A DNA stretch of 64,000 nucleotides, from contig OZ024742.1 of NCBI GenBank assembly GCA_964016885.1, forward strand, positions 317,192,001-317,256,000, in the 5' to 3' direction. Of the stretch, positions 26,984 to 39,387 are shown piece after piece; the stretch's first letter is position 1; each line of letters begins with the position of its first letter. The DNA is from Eledone cirrhosa (lineage: Eukaryota). The notes under the pieces were generated by a model. The model was not told the origin of the DNA. It searched no databases and saw only the letters and a program-made list of their open reading frames with translations. A program made the position numbers and the translations under genes.

Positions 26984-29288
26984 ATTTCTTTATTAGCCAC
27001 AAAGGCACAAAAGAAGGGGACACATACAAATGGGGAGTTTACATACAGGTATGTGAAAATAAAACTATTAATAAAATAACAATTGAAATCCCCAATAGGG
27101 GAGGCGTTACACAGGGGTTGTACACACCCTGAATAAAATGTACAACCCTCATCTCCAGGAGCACCAAGAGTGAGTATTCCCTTCCTCTTTTTGCTCAACC
27201 TACAGGCTTATATAGAGAGAAGGCCCAACCACTCGGGCCATCTTTGCCACATTCACCCACCTTTCATAAAGTTTGCTGGAGTACAGCACCTCTCTCTCCA
27301 TCCTGATTCTTCTTCCAAAATGATATTTGAAAAAACGAATCAGTTGTTCGCCGGAGAGAAAGGTGTCTGACCTCAGCTCTTTTAAACTCGTCCACCATAT
27401 AACCTCTTTCACGATAGCCATAACACATAGGAAAACCGCCTCTCCTTCGTCTTTGAAGGCGGGTGGCGGTTTGATCATGACAATGGACTCAGTGGACAAT
27501 AGTCGTCCTACATAGCCCCACAGGTCGGTAACGCCCGGGCAGTGTACAAATGGGTGCGCAACGGTTTCTTCGTCGCGCACGCATCTCGGACAGATCTTTT
27601 TCGAAGGGTCCCTGCCCGGGCGCCCGTGTCTGTAGGGCTTGTCTCGAACTGGTAGAGCTCCTCGGTAACACTGCCAGGCCAGGGACTTTTGGGAGTTATC
27701 CATCGGTCCCGGGCGGAAGGTCTTACCGAACAGACTGGCCAGTTCGTCCTCCTCTACGACCAGAGTTTCTCCGAGCACATCGTCGTACTTGATGCAGACC
27801 AACACTCTATAGAATGACGAATTGGAGTCTCCACTGATCGCCGGGTCTGTTTGCCAGAGGACTGTGAGCGCCTGAGCACATTCGATGTGCCAGTCACCCA
27901 TTATCCTCGGTCTTTGCTTGACCCAGGATTGCATCTCGGTCAGCGAGACGAGTCGTGGGAAGGCTCGACTCACGAACGGGGCCCACACCGGTTGTCCGGT
28001 GAGGAATACGTGGAGGTGCCGCAGGCTGAGCGCGTCTTTGCGCATCGTCAGCCACGGCATCCCAAGCCCTCCGTTTGAAGGGTGTTGGCAGCAGATGGAT
28101 CTTCTCACCAAAGGAATTGGAAGAGCGCGCGCTCCATTTTGGTGAGCGTTTTGGCTGAACAAGGCACGACGGTGAAGCGGTATTAGATGACAGACGCTAT
28201 AAAAGTGTTCGCCACCTATGCTCGACCTTTCAAGGATAGTTTGCACTCAGCCCACTTCTGGGTGAGCGCAAACACCTTGGCTGTCACCTCGTTCCAGTTC
28301 TTCTCCACCTGGAGGTCTGGACCAAACCAGACCCCGAGCAGCTTTACCATTCCTTCCGTCCAGCGTCCGACGACGCCATCGGAAGGCATCGGTTTGCCTT
28401 TCCACGTTCCGAGTTGCAAACCGACGGATTTGTCCCGGTTCAGCTTGGCCCCTGTGAACCTTACGCTTTCCTTCAGTAAGGTGCCGACCTCCCACATTTG
28501 CGAGGTGCTCGACACGATTACTTCCAGGAGACCGGAGAACAAGTCCGGCATTGCTACGTAAAATTCTTAGGGTAGACCGTCGAGACCTGGACATTTGAGT
28601 TTGCCGCATTGGCTCAGCGCGACCCCTATCTCAGCGGCCGAAATCGGCTTTCGCAGAACTTCGCCTCGCTGTCCGAGAGTCGCGGCATGCCGTCGAGGTA
28701 TGGACTGAAATCCATAGCCCCTCACGTCGCGCCGCCCTGCCCGAATAGTTAAGGAAAGTGCCGCTGAAAGGTAGCACACATCTGCTTAGGCTCACGTATC
28801 ACGCGTCCGTTTTGGTCATTCAAAGACCGAATCGTGGACTTGTTGCCACTTTTCGCCTCTGTCGCTCGGGCCCAGCTAACAGCTTTGGCTCCCTCGTTTC
28901 CCAGAGCACGTATTTTGCTCCTGACAACGCGGCCTTCGTGCTTTGCGCCGAAGAACTGGTCCAATGCCGTTCTCGTCGCTAGCACGTTGGCTACGTTGCC
29001 ACTCCTAAGTGCCTCTTCTACTTTATCTATCAGTTCCTTTTCGGTCTTATTTCTATCTAACACTAATTCTTTACTAAAACCTATCGAGTCTAATCTGACT
29101 GCCCTCCTGAGAGAGTACCACCATCTGTTGTTGACAATGGTCCCCGTCAAGTGCTGCTTAACTAAAGTGCTAATCCGTCTACTGTAGGCTTTGCATGTCG
29201 GTAACGACAAGTTCAGCTTCCAGTAACCAGGTCCCTGTCTATGGGTTCTATCAAGATTGACAAAGCAGGTCACTAGTTTGTGATCTGA
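26981..29288 (-). mobile_element. Tx1/L1 copy 3 (5'-truncated, RT core deleted near 28520)
   Basis: SDHKLV..GYWKLN through to the 3' end; jumps from PDLFSGLLE to the post-YADD region. Confidence 0.9.
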
Positions 29289-29330
29289 GGTAGATAGATA
29301 AATAGATGAGATAGATAGATAGATAGATAG

Positions 29331-29781
29331 ATATGTTTCTTTTATTTGCCACCAGGGCATCAAAAGTGGGACAAGTACAAAGGGGGGAGTTTACAAAACA
29401 AGGCGTCCTCAATAAGGAGGATGCAATAACAAAATATAAAAATAAAATAAAATATAATAATAGAATTTATAACAAAATCCTCAATAGAGAGGAGGCGCCT
29501 TGGGGGGTCGCACACACCCCCGAAAAAGTGTGCAACCCTTTTCCTCAGGAGCACAGAGAAGGGGTGCTCCATTGGTCTGTCATCTTCCTCACCTATAGTC
29601 TGATGTAGAGTGAAGGCCCATTCACACGGGCCATTCTCGCCACTTTCACCCATCTTTCATAAAAACGGCTGGGGTGCAGCACCTCTCTCTCCATCCTGAT
29701 CCTTCTTCCGAAATGATATCGGAAGAAACGGACCAGTTGTTGGCCAGAGAGAAAGGTGTCTGACCTCAGTCCTTTCAGACG
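29331..29781 (-). mobile_element. Tx1/L1 copy 4 (3' ~450 bp)
   Basis: Near-identical to 51627-52081. Confidence 0.9.
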
Positions 29782-30035
29782 CTATAGATAGATATATTTC
29801 TTTATTAGCCACAGGGGCACAAAAGAAAGGGACAAATACAAAGGGGGAAGTTTACATACAATAAAAACGTGTAAATTGTTATCACAAATGCAATTTAAAA
29901 AGTTAGTCGATTTTCCCCAATAGAGGGAGACAGTTTATATGGGTACCACATACCCCCGAAAAAAAATGTGCAACCCTCATCTCCAGGAGTACGAAGAGTT
30001 TGTACTCCTTTCCTCTCCTCCTCCTTTTCCTCAAC

Positions 30036-33000
30036 CTACAGGCTGATATAGAGAGAAGGCCCATTCACTCGGGCCATTCTCGCCACTTTCACCCACCTTT
30101 CATAAAACTCGCTGAGGTACAGCACCTCTCTCTCCATCCTGATTCTTCTTCCAAAGTGGTATTTGAGAAAAAGAATCAGTTGTTGGCCGGAGAGAAAGGT
30201 GTCTGACCTCAGCCCTTTCAACCTTGTCCACCATACAACCTCTTTCGCCATAGCTATCACACAAAGGAAAACCGCCTCTCCTTCGTTTTTGAAGGAGGGT
30301 GGCGATTTGATCATGACAATGGACTCGGTGGTCAACTGGATTGGTCCCACCCGCGACAATAGTCGTTCTACATAGCCCCACAGGTCAGTGACGCCCGGGC
30401 AGTGTATGAATGCGTGCGCGACGGTTTCTTCGTCTCGCACGCACCTCAGACAGATATTTTTTGCAGGGTCCCTGCCCGGGCGCCCATGTCTGTAGAGCTT
30501 GCCTCGAACTGGTAGAGCTCCTCGGTAGCACTGCCAGGCCAGGGACTTTTGGAAGTTGTCCATCGGTCCCGGGCGAGGTCCTACCGAACAGACTGGCCAG
30601 TTCATCTTCCTCTACGCCTAGAGTTTCACCGAGCGCGTCGTCGCACTTGCTGCGGACCAACCCTCTATAGAATGACGAAGTGGAGTCTCCACTGATCGCC
30701 GGGTCCGCCTGCCAGAGGGCTGTGAGCGCCTGAGCACATTCGATGTGCCAGTCACCCATTTTCCTCGGTCTTTGCTTGACCCAGGACTGCAGCTCGGTCA
30801 GCGAGACGAGTCGTGGGAAGGCTCGCCTCACGAACGGGGCCCAAACCGGTTGTCCGGTGAGGAATACGTAGAGATGCCGCAGCCTGAGCGTGTGTTTGCG
30901 CATCGTCAACCACGGCATCCACAGCCCTCCGTTAGAAGGGTGTTGGCAGCAGATGGATCTTCTCACCAAAGGAGCCCACCTCTTCCAAAGGAATCGGAAG
31001 AGCGCGCGCTCCATTTTGGCGAGCGTTTTGGCTGGACAAGGCACGACGGTCAAGCGGTAGTAGATGGCGGACGCTATAAAAGTGTTCGCCACCTCCGCTC
31101 GACCTTTCAAGGATAGTTTGCACTCGGCCCACTTCTGGATGAGTGCAAACACCTTGGCCGTCACTTCGTTCCAGTTCTTCTCCACCTGGAGGTCCGGACC
31201 AAACCAGACCCCGAGCAGCTTTACCGGTCCTTCCGTCCAGCGTCCGACGACGCCATCGGAAGGCATCGGTTTGCCTCTCCACGATCCGAGTTGCAAACCG
31301 ATGGACTTGTCCCGGTTCAGCTTCGCTCCTGTGAGACTTTCGTATTCCTTCACTAAGGTGCAGACTTCCTCGATTTGCGAGGCGCTCGACACCAATACTG
31401 TCACGTCGTCGGCGTAGGCCAACGCCGCTTTCCGCAGTCCCGGTTCCAGAGGGATGCCCTGCAATAGCTCCAGCTTCCGCATTAGTGGCTCGAGAGTCAG
31501 TACGTACAGAAGGGAGGAGAGAGGGCATCCCTGTCGAATGGATCGCGTAATATGGAACGGCTCCGAGAGGTAGCCGTTCACCTTGACCCTTGAGCAGATG
31601 TTTCTGTTGTGCATTGCAGCAATCCAGCCCCTGAACACGGGTCCGAAGCCTGCCGCCTCGAGCACCGGATCCAGGTAACGATGGTCAACCCTATCGAAAG
31701 CCTTAGACTGATCCAAGTTGATCAGGACCCCACCGAAGCCGGGTTTACACCCTACCCTCTCTATGATGTATCGCATGAGGTGGAGGTTGTCGTGTATGGA
31801 CCTGGTCGGGATTGCGCATGTCTGCGCTTCTCCCACCAGGTTCTCGACGACAAGCGCCAGCCTCTTTGCCAACACCTTGGCCAAAATCTGTAACTCTGTG
31901 TTTAGCAGAGTTATGGGCCGGAAGTTTCCTATGTCATCCCCCTTATTCTCGTCCTTCCTGATTAGTGTGACCACGCCCCCGGTTACAGAACTGGGAATTC
32001 TCCCGTTCTGCTGCCAGTTGCAGTAGACCGCTTCCAGAAGACCGGAGAATAAGTCCGGCATTGCTACGTAAAATTCGTAGGGTAGACCGTCGAGACCTGG
32101 AGATTTGCGTTTGCCGCATTGGCTCAGCGCGTCCCCTATCTCAGTGGCTGAAATCGGCTTTTCGCAGAACTTTGCCTCGCTGTCCGAGAGTCGCGGTAGG
32201 CCGTCGAGGTATGGACCGAAATCCATAGCCTCGCCCGGCGTGCCGCCCTCCCCGAACAGCTGAGCAAAGTGAAAAGCCGCACACATCTGCTTCGGCTCAA
32301 GTATCACGCGTCCGTTTTGGTCCTTCAAAGACCGAATCGTGGACTTGTTGCCACTTTTTGCCTCTGTCACTCGGGCCCAGCTAACAGCTTTGGCTCCCTC
32401 GTTTCCCAGAGCACGTATTTTTCTTCTGACAACGCAGCCCTCGTCCTTTGCGTCAAAGAACTGGTCCAAGGCCGTTCTCGTTGCTAGCACGCTGGCTACG
32501 TTGCCACTTCTAATTGCCTCTTCTACTTTATCTACCAGTTCCTTCTCGGTTCTATTTCTATCTAACGCTAATTCTTTACGAAAAACTATCGAGTCTAATC
32601 TAACTGCCCTCTTGAGAGAGTACCACCATCTGTTGTTGACAATTGCCCCTGTCAAGTGCTGTTTAACTAATGTGCTAATCCGTCTACTGTAGGCTTTGCT
32701 TGTCGGTAACGACAAGTTCAGCTTCCAGTAGCCGGGTCCTTGTCTATAGGTTCTATCAAGGTTGGCCATGCAGGTCACTAGTTTTATGATCTGAATAGGC
32801 AACCATGAACATTTGTGGACAGCTTAACATGTCACTATCCTTATTTCTAACTAGAACCCTATCTAGGTACGATCTAGATGTTCCGCTACGATTACTCCAC
32901 GTCCACAGTGGCGCAGTCGGAAAATCTAGTCGATATCTATCGGCCAGGTCAAATCGGTCGATTAACTGTTTCAGGCTGTTACACCCCCCTTTATCGGGAC

Positions 33001-33465
33001 ATTCTCCCACATAGTCCCAACGTGCATCTAGGATTCCATTCCAGTCCCCCACTAAAAGCAAGGAGCGCGACGTTCCCAGAAAAGTCTCTAGACGTTTGAA
33101 GAAGTCTGGCCGCGGTGTCCCGGTGGCGCATATGCGGCCACCAGCCGGAAGGCTCCACCTTCACTACCGTCAACGTCTAGGACCACTAGTCGACCCTCCG
33201 GGTCCAGATGTACCGTCTGTTTTACGAGGTCCAGGTGTTTCCGCAGCAAAACGGCAACTCCGCCCCCACCCCCCGATTGACAGAGAGATGCGTAGATCTC
33301 AAAGTCATCGAAGATGGGGGGCAGCTGTCGCTCGCTGTGGATCCTGGACTCGCAAATGGCTACCACATCCATACTGTGCGACCTGAGGTCGTTTAAGAGT
33401 TTGCCCTGTTTTCAGGGCATCCCCAGGCCGCGTACGTTCACACATCCAACTCTTATATTGGCCAT
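30036..33465 (-). pseudogene. Tx1 ORF2 (APE endonuclease, RT, C-terminal zinc finger)
   Basis: VGCVNVRG, ICESR, GDWN, YSDH, YADD, CLRC..EETVAHAFIHC across frameshifts. Confidence 0.92.
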
Positions 33466-33499
33466 GTTGGTGCTGAAAAGTTAAAAGAGGAAAAGAGAT

Positions 33500-35413
33500 C
33501 ACTCACCCTTCGCCTCCTGGGGAGCAGGCCGCACGATTTCCATGGGGGTGTTGGAGGGGTTGTCTGGATGGGTGGTGGTTTCCGGCGGGGTGGGGACGCA
33601 GATGTTTGGTGGGGTGGGGTCTGGTGGGATGGGGGTGTCTGGGGTGGAGACATTTGAGAAGGACGCGGTTGAGTGGTTTCACTCAGGAATTCCCCACATC
33701 CTTCTCAAATGTTTCTTTTAGGGACCTATAAGTTTGTATAGGGACCCTAATCAGTTTTAGGTTCAGTTTTTTGCTATTTTTAATAGAGTGGGCGAAAGTT
33801 TTCCCTTCGGTTTTCACCGAAGGGTCGTTCGTGATGGTCTCCATTAGTGTTTTGTTTTCAGTGTTTATGTAAGTGTAAGTGTAATTTTCTTGTGTTGCGT
33901 TTGTTTTTGTCTGTAGTTCTTGTGTGTGCTTTCGTTTTGTTGTAGGTATTTTGTTTTCAGGAGGTGGGGGTTTTGTTTATGATGTTTTTGTTGTTTGTGT
34001 TGGTGGTTGTATGTTTGTGGTAGTGTTTGCTGGTTTTTTGCTTTTGTGATGTCTTTTCTTTCTTTTCGATCGATGGGGTTCTCCCTCGTCTTCACTGGGT
34101 GATGGCGAGATAGCCTCATCTGTTGTATCGTCTGTGTGATTGGGGAGGGGTATGTCTTGGGGAGCTGTTGTGTCTGTATGTGATTTTGCAGTGGTTTTAG
34201 GTGGAGTGGGGTTGGGTGGGACTGTGTTTGTTGTGGTTATTTTTGTGTGTTCGTGTTGTTGTTGTTGTGGTGGTGTTGGTGGTTGTGTTGTTTTGATGGG
34301 TGTCGGCAGAAGAGCCTTTTTTTGGTTCATTAATTTAGGACAGGAAGCCCTCGGGTGACCCCTGCTAAAGCAATGGTAACATGAAGGCCGCCTACCCTCA
34401 ACCGAAAAGTTTATGTAGGTGAGTCCGTCCAGGAGTACACGCTGTGGGATCATAGCTATTCGCTCTGGGCTCATTTGCACCAGAACTTCAATGCTAGTCC
34501 CATTGAATACATCTCTGGGGGACTTTCCTACTGACAGTATTCTGTCTTCATCAAAATTGATGATGCCGCACAGTATCCACCATATGTTCACCTTTGGTGT
34601 GACACTTGTGATTCTGATCTTTTGTGTCCTTTTTCCCATGTATGTAGGGAAAAAGGTGTACAGGTTGGATACAATTGGCGACACAGAGTAATTTTGGGCC
34701 GTCAATTCATCCTTCATGAGTACCGAAATACTCCCAAAAAGTTTGCTTCTTTGAATGAATGCAATATCATTCATTGAATTTTTGAAAACCAGTACAATTT
34801 CTCTCTGTGACTATTGGACTGGTTTTCGGGTAGAATTGGAAACTGTCCTAAAAACTATCGTTTTGAGAGCAGTTTCCTTGCGAATTTCTACCGGAGAATT
34901 GATGCTGAAAGCACCATTTTTTTCGAAAGTGACATATCTCTTAGCGTCCTTTAAAAGTTGTTCAGGATTTGTTATGTCGAGATATATCAATTCTTCCTTC
35001 TTTTGAACTTTCTCTGCAAAGGAGATTTTTGGTTTCTTTGTGGAATCCGTATTGGTGGTGTTGTCATTATTGTTGTTATTGTTGTTGTTATTCTTGTTGT
35101 CACCGATGTTGGTATTATCCGTATTTTCCTTGGTGTTGTTGTTGTCTTTGATGCTGGTGTTATTGGTGTTGTCTTTATTTTTTTCTTTGTTGTTGTTATC
35201 ATAGTTGCTTTTATCATCATTATTGGTGTTGCTGTTATTTTTGTTGTCATTGAATTGTTTGGTGTCATTTGTGTTGTTTGAATATGAATTCGTTTTTACA
35301 TTTTCATTTTGTCTTTCCATCTCTATAGTATCTAGTGAAGAAAACGTTGTTGACTGCGAGCTTTGTAGTCTTACCGCCTCTCCACCACCATTATCGTTGG
35401 ACGCAGCGTTCAT
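33500..35413 (-). pseudogene. Tx1 ORF1 (gag-like zinc knuckle)
   Basis: ORFs 34811..35413 and 33977..34774 are in frame across one TAG; CYHCFSRGHPRASC fits CX2CX4HX4C; C-terminus matches copies 1 and 6. Confidence 0.85.
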
Positions 35414-36036
35414 AACGTAATCAAAATTTTACAATATTTTTTCCAAGATTCGATGGAGAAAAATTTGTTAAATGGATATTCCGCCCCTGTAGGGGCATAA
35501 ATGAGTTGACCCACCACCTGAAGGTTCAGACGGGTGGCCAAGTTACACAATGATATAAAATTTAACTAAAAACTCACGTTTTTTTCTTACATAAATTAAC
35601 GGAAACTTCTCCGCGAAGTTACACACGTCTGATAGAGAGATAGATAGATAGATAGATAAGTAGACATATAAATAAATAAATGTGTTTTTGTCCGAAGAGA
35701 GCTCCTCGGTTGACAATTGACCACCTTGTCAGCAATGCTACAAATCAGAGAAATATGTAGGAAGATATCAAATTTCCATTTTCCAACAAATGTAGTACAA
35801 AGCGGTTGCAATGGGACTTTTGTGTTTTATTTATATAGATGACCAATAACGGTATTTTCAGAAAAGAATGTATTTGTGGTGACAATACATTATATATTAT
35901 ATCTATATTTCTGCCCTCACTAACAGTTGAATATGTCTCCGAACATACAAGCAAAATTTATTCTTTTGTATTCGTCCTTCTATTTAACTTCTATCTTCTC
36001 CTTTTCAATAACTTTCTCTTAGTCATTCGTCTGCCT

Positions 36037-36127
36037 CTTCTTCTTCTTCTTCTTCTTCTTCTTCTTCTTCTTCTTCTTCTTCTTCTTCTTCTTCTTCTTC
36101 TTCTTCTTCTTCTTCTTCTTCTTCTTC

Positions 36128-36158
<31 letters not shown>

Positions 36159-36165
36159 GCTTCTA
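36037..36165. repeat. (CTT)n microsatellite
   Basis: Seen directly. Confidence 0.97.
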
Positions 36166-36801
36166 TGTCGTCGCCGTCTTCTACCTTTATTACATCCCCA
36201 CCCGTTTCTAAATCTTTAATTTCTTCATCTTCAACTATTCGTTCGTCTTTGTTTTCTTTTTCTTCTCTCAGTCTTTCTCTCTCTCCTAATATTTTCTTCC
36301 TCTTCCTTTCTCTCCCTCTCTCTTTCTCTCCATCAATATTTTCCTCCCTCTATCTTTCTCTCCTTCAATATTTTTTCTCTCCTTTAATCATTTTCTTCCT
36401 CTTTTTTTCTTTCATTCACCCCTCCTTCTCTCCCTCAATATTTTTCTTCCTCTCTCTTTCTCTTCTTCATTCTTTTTATGCCTCTCTCTTTCACTCTCTC
36501 AATCCTTTTCTCTTTCTCTTTCTCTATTTCAATTGTTTCTCTCTCTTTCTTTCTCTCTCTCGCAGTTGTCCTCTCACGCTCATTGAAACCTAAAAAGATG
36601 GACGCCATCAAACACACAGTCACATAAGAACAGATAAATCCATAAAATGAAACAGAACTGGCATCCTGAATAGCCCTGGCTCTTCCTCAAGGCATGAAGT
36701 ACGGCCGAAGAATTTCCCTCCAATAACGTTGTGGGTGTATATAGAAATGTAAACAAGCCAAATATATATATTTCATTGTAAACTGAGAAAAATTATAGAT
36801 A

Positions 36802-36842
36802 CCTTAATCGATTTTCGGACCTATCTATGTCCTCATCAGAAG
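36802..36842 (-). ncRNA. Minimal type I hammerhead ribozyme, canonical core
   Basis: RC: CTT-CTGATGA-GGAC-atagatag-GTCC-GAAA-ATCGAT-TA-AGG. Confidence 0.88.
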
Positions 36843-36959
36843 AAATATATATCATCAAAATAACCACCAGAAAATACACAACCGAAGGGTTATCGCCTTT
36901 AATAATATCTTAAATATGTGTACTAAGTTGCATATTATTAAGGCTTCTGTATCGCGCGC

Positions 36960-37750
36960 ATGATTGTCGTGGTGGCACGGCTTGCGAGCTCTAATGATTC
37001 CAAGACTGCTGGCATGAGTTCATCATCTGGTAGGGCCACTCATGCGAGACATGTTGAGGGCCAGGAGCCAGACTAAAATAATCATCCAAGAGGAGAAAGC
37101 CACAATGACGAAAATGTCCCGAGTCAGGGTCACGGTGAAGCTATGGTGAGCAGCATGATGATGTGTTTGTTTCGGTGGTGGGACTGTCACATAACTAAGG
37201 GTGGAAGAACTTACAAATGCAAAGGTCAAGGCCACCCAGTTCAGTAAAGCAACTATTGGAACATCTATATGTGTGGCATCTGTAGGCGGGATATACCGCT
37301 AACGATAGCAAATCATAACCCTAACAGACGCTTAAACCACATCACCCGTCATACAGATCAACAAGGGGCGCGTCCTTCCGAGGTTGTGATTTCGGCCACA
37401 GTGTTCAAATATTCATGGTATTGTTTGTGCCGATGGGGGAATTTCGTTGGTATGCATTATTGCCTCTATGTGTGTATGTTTGTATGTGTGTGTGTGTGTA
37501 CTCGTGCATGTCTTTCATATTCTATGTGGGGTTGTGTTTGTGTGTGTGTGTGTGTGAAGCACTCCACCTAAGATCTAACAGCCAAATCCGATCAAACATT
37601 CCTTCTTGCTCAACTCAAAATCTTGTCATATGTACTAAATGCAGCCTCATGTGTAAATCAACAGCTGGACTGAGGTCCCATTTAAGGCATAACCATAAAC
37701 AACGAACTGAGAAAACTGTTGAAACCTCATACGTCGAAATAGGACAAGAG
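36960..37750 (+). mobile_element. Possible RTE-like LINE debris with C2H2 finger
   Basis: ICTKCSLMCKSTAGLRSHLRHNH; the upstream stretch loosely resembles an RTE 5' region. Confidence 0.3.
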
Positions 37751-37866
37751 AGTTCAACATGCATGTATACATACATATATACGTACATATATATATATGT
37801 GTGTATGTGTGTGTGTGCGTGTGTGTGTGTGTATGCATATATGTGTGTGTCTGTGTGTATGTATGC

Positions 37867-37912
<46 letters not shown>

Positions 37913-38559
37913 ATTCGTACTTAATACTTGCACCTATTTTCAAATATCCTCATACATCCATGGCCCATGTCAGATGCCACACATGCACAAAATCAGACAA
38001 CTATACACACATACTCACATACATACACACACATGTTTTCTTTCTCACTCTCTCGCACACACCCACACACACACACACATACATACCCGCATACATAAAT
38101 ACATACATTCATACATACATACATGCATACATACATACATACATGCATACATGCATACATGCATACATACATACATACATACATACATACATACATACAT
38201 ACATACATACATACATACATACATACATAAATACATACACACGCCCTCATGCTCTTACTGATTCACGAAATATTTATAATCACTTGGACCAAGTTATAGT
38301 CATTTCAATTAAGTGTACTCATATAACTGTCACACACAAGCCCCACTTTGCATGCGTTTAGACACACCAGTTTAAATAAAGACACTTAGACTTTGGCAAA
38401 TCCATATAAAACTCCTCCATTGCTTAAGAGGTGTTGGGATAGCTCACGTTATAATCCATCTCCTACAACTCCAGATAATCCGACATTAAATAATTGTTCG
38501 TAAACAAAAATGAAATGTTGAAAGAATCAGCTTTCCTCTCATTTTCTTGGTTGTCATAT

Positions 38560-38662
38560 TCACTATCACAACAATCAACATCATCGCCATCATCATAATC
38601 CTCCTCATCATTACCACCATCAACATTATCATAATCATCATGATCATCATCATCATCATCAT

Positions 38663-38693
<31 letters not shown>

Positions 38694-38702
38694 GTCGTCG
38701 TC
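38560..38702. repeat. (ATC)n degenerate microsatellite
   Basis: Seen directly. Confidence 0.9.
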
Positions 38703-39202
38703 GAACATTTTAATACTGTTGCTTTGTTAGTTGCAGTTGTTACTGGACAGTGTAAGACGTATGTCTTTGCGATTGCGTGTTTGTATTTGGCAAAGTGATT
38801 TCGAGTGAGATTACACAGCAAATGATGTTAGCTTAGAACACAATTAAAAATAAACAATGACACATGTACAGCAAAAGGTTTCTCATTCTTATATTTGACA
38901 AAGTATTTTTATCACCTCAACAACTTTGTTTTACTCGTGATGTTCATATTTGATAATCATGCTGCATGACGGGTTTGACAAACATAGATGATTGTCAAAT
39001 AAAATACGTGATAATAACAAAAGAATAGTATATTTTGATTTTATACTAATGTTTCTTGTTAGGACTGGCATTTAGTAGGTTTGAAGAGGAAGAAATGAAC
39101 TAGAATAAGCATGATGGCAGCTCAAACTTTGGCACCTGTTTATAGCAGATTTAAGTAAATAAATGTGAAATGTGTATTCATAAATAATTGTGTGTATTCA
39201 TA

Positions 39203-39387
39203 AATAATTGTTTCTACTTTTGGCATAAGGCCAGCAATTATCCAGTGCATTACTGGTACTTTATTTTATCTACCCCGTAAGGATGAAAGGCAAAGTTAAC
39301 CTCGGCGGGATTTGAACTCAGTCAGTAAAGGGATGTACCTATGCTGCAAAGCATAACGTCCGACCCTCTACCGATACTGCTAATCCA
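39203..39387 (-). mobile_element. SINE S1 full copy
   Basis: Reverse complement of the S1 consensus. Confidence 0.9.

Larger units (their letters stand above)
29794..35630 (-). mobile_element. Tx1/L1 copy 5, apparently full length (~5.8 kb)
   Basis: 5' end AGACGTGTG directly after (TATC)n; ORF1 and ORF2 both present but disrupted. Confidence 0.92.

Noticed and set aside
34811-34813. Programmed read-through in Tx1 ORF1
   Set aside because: Seen in one otherwise decayed copy; a nonsense mutation is simpler.
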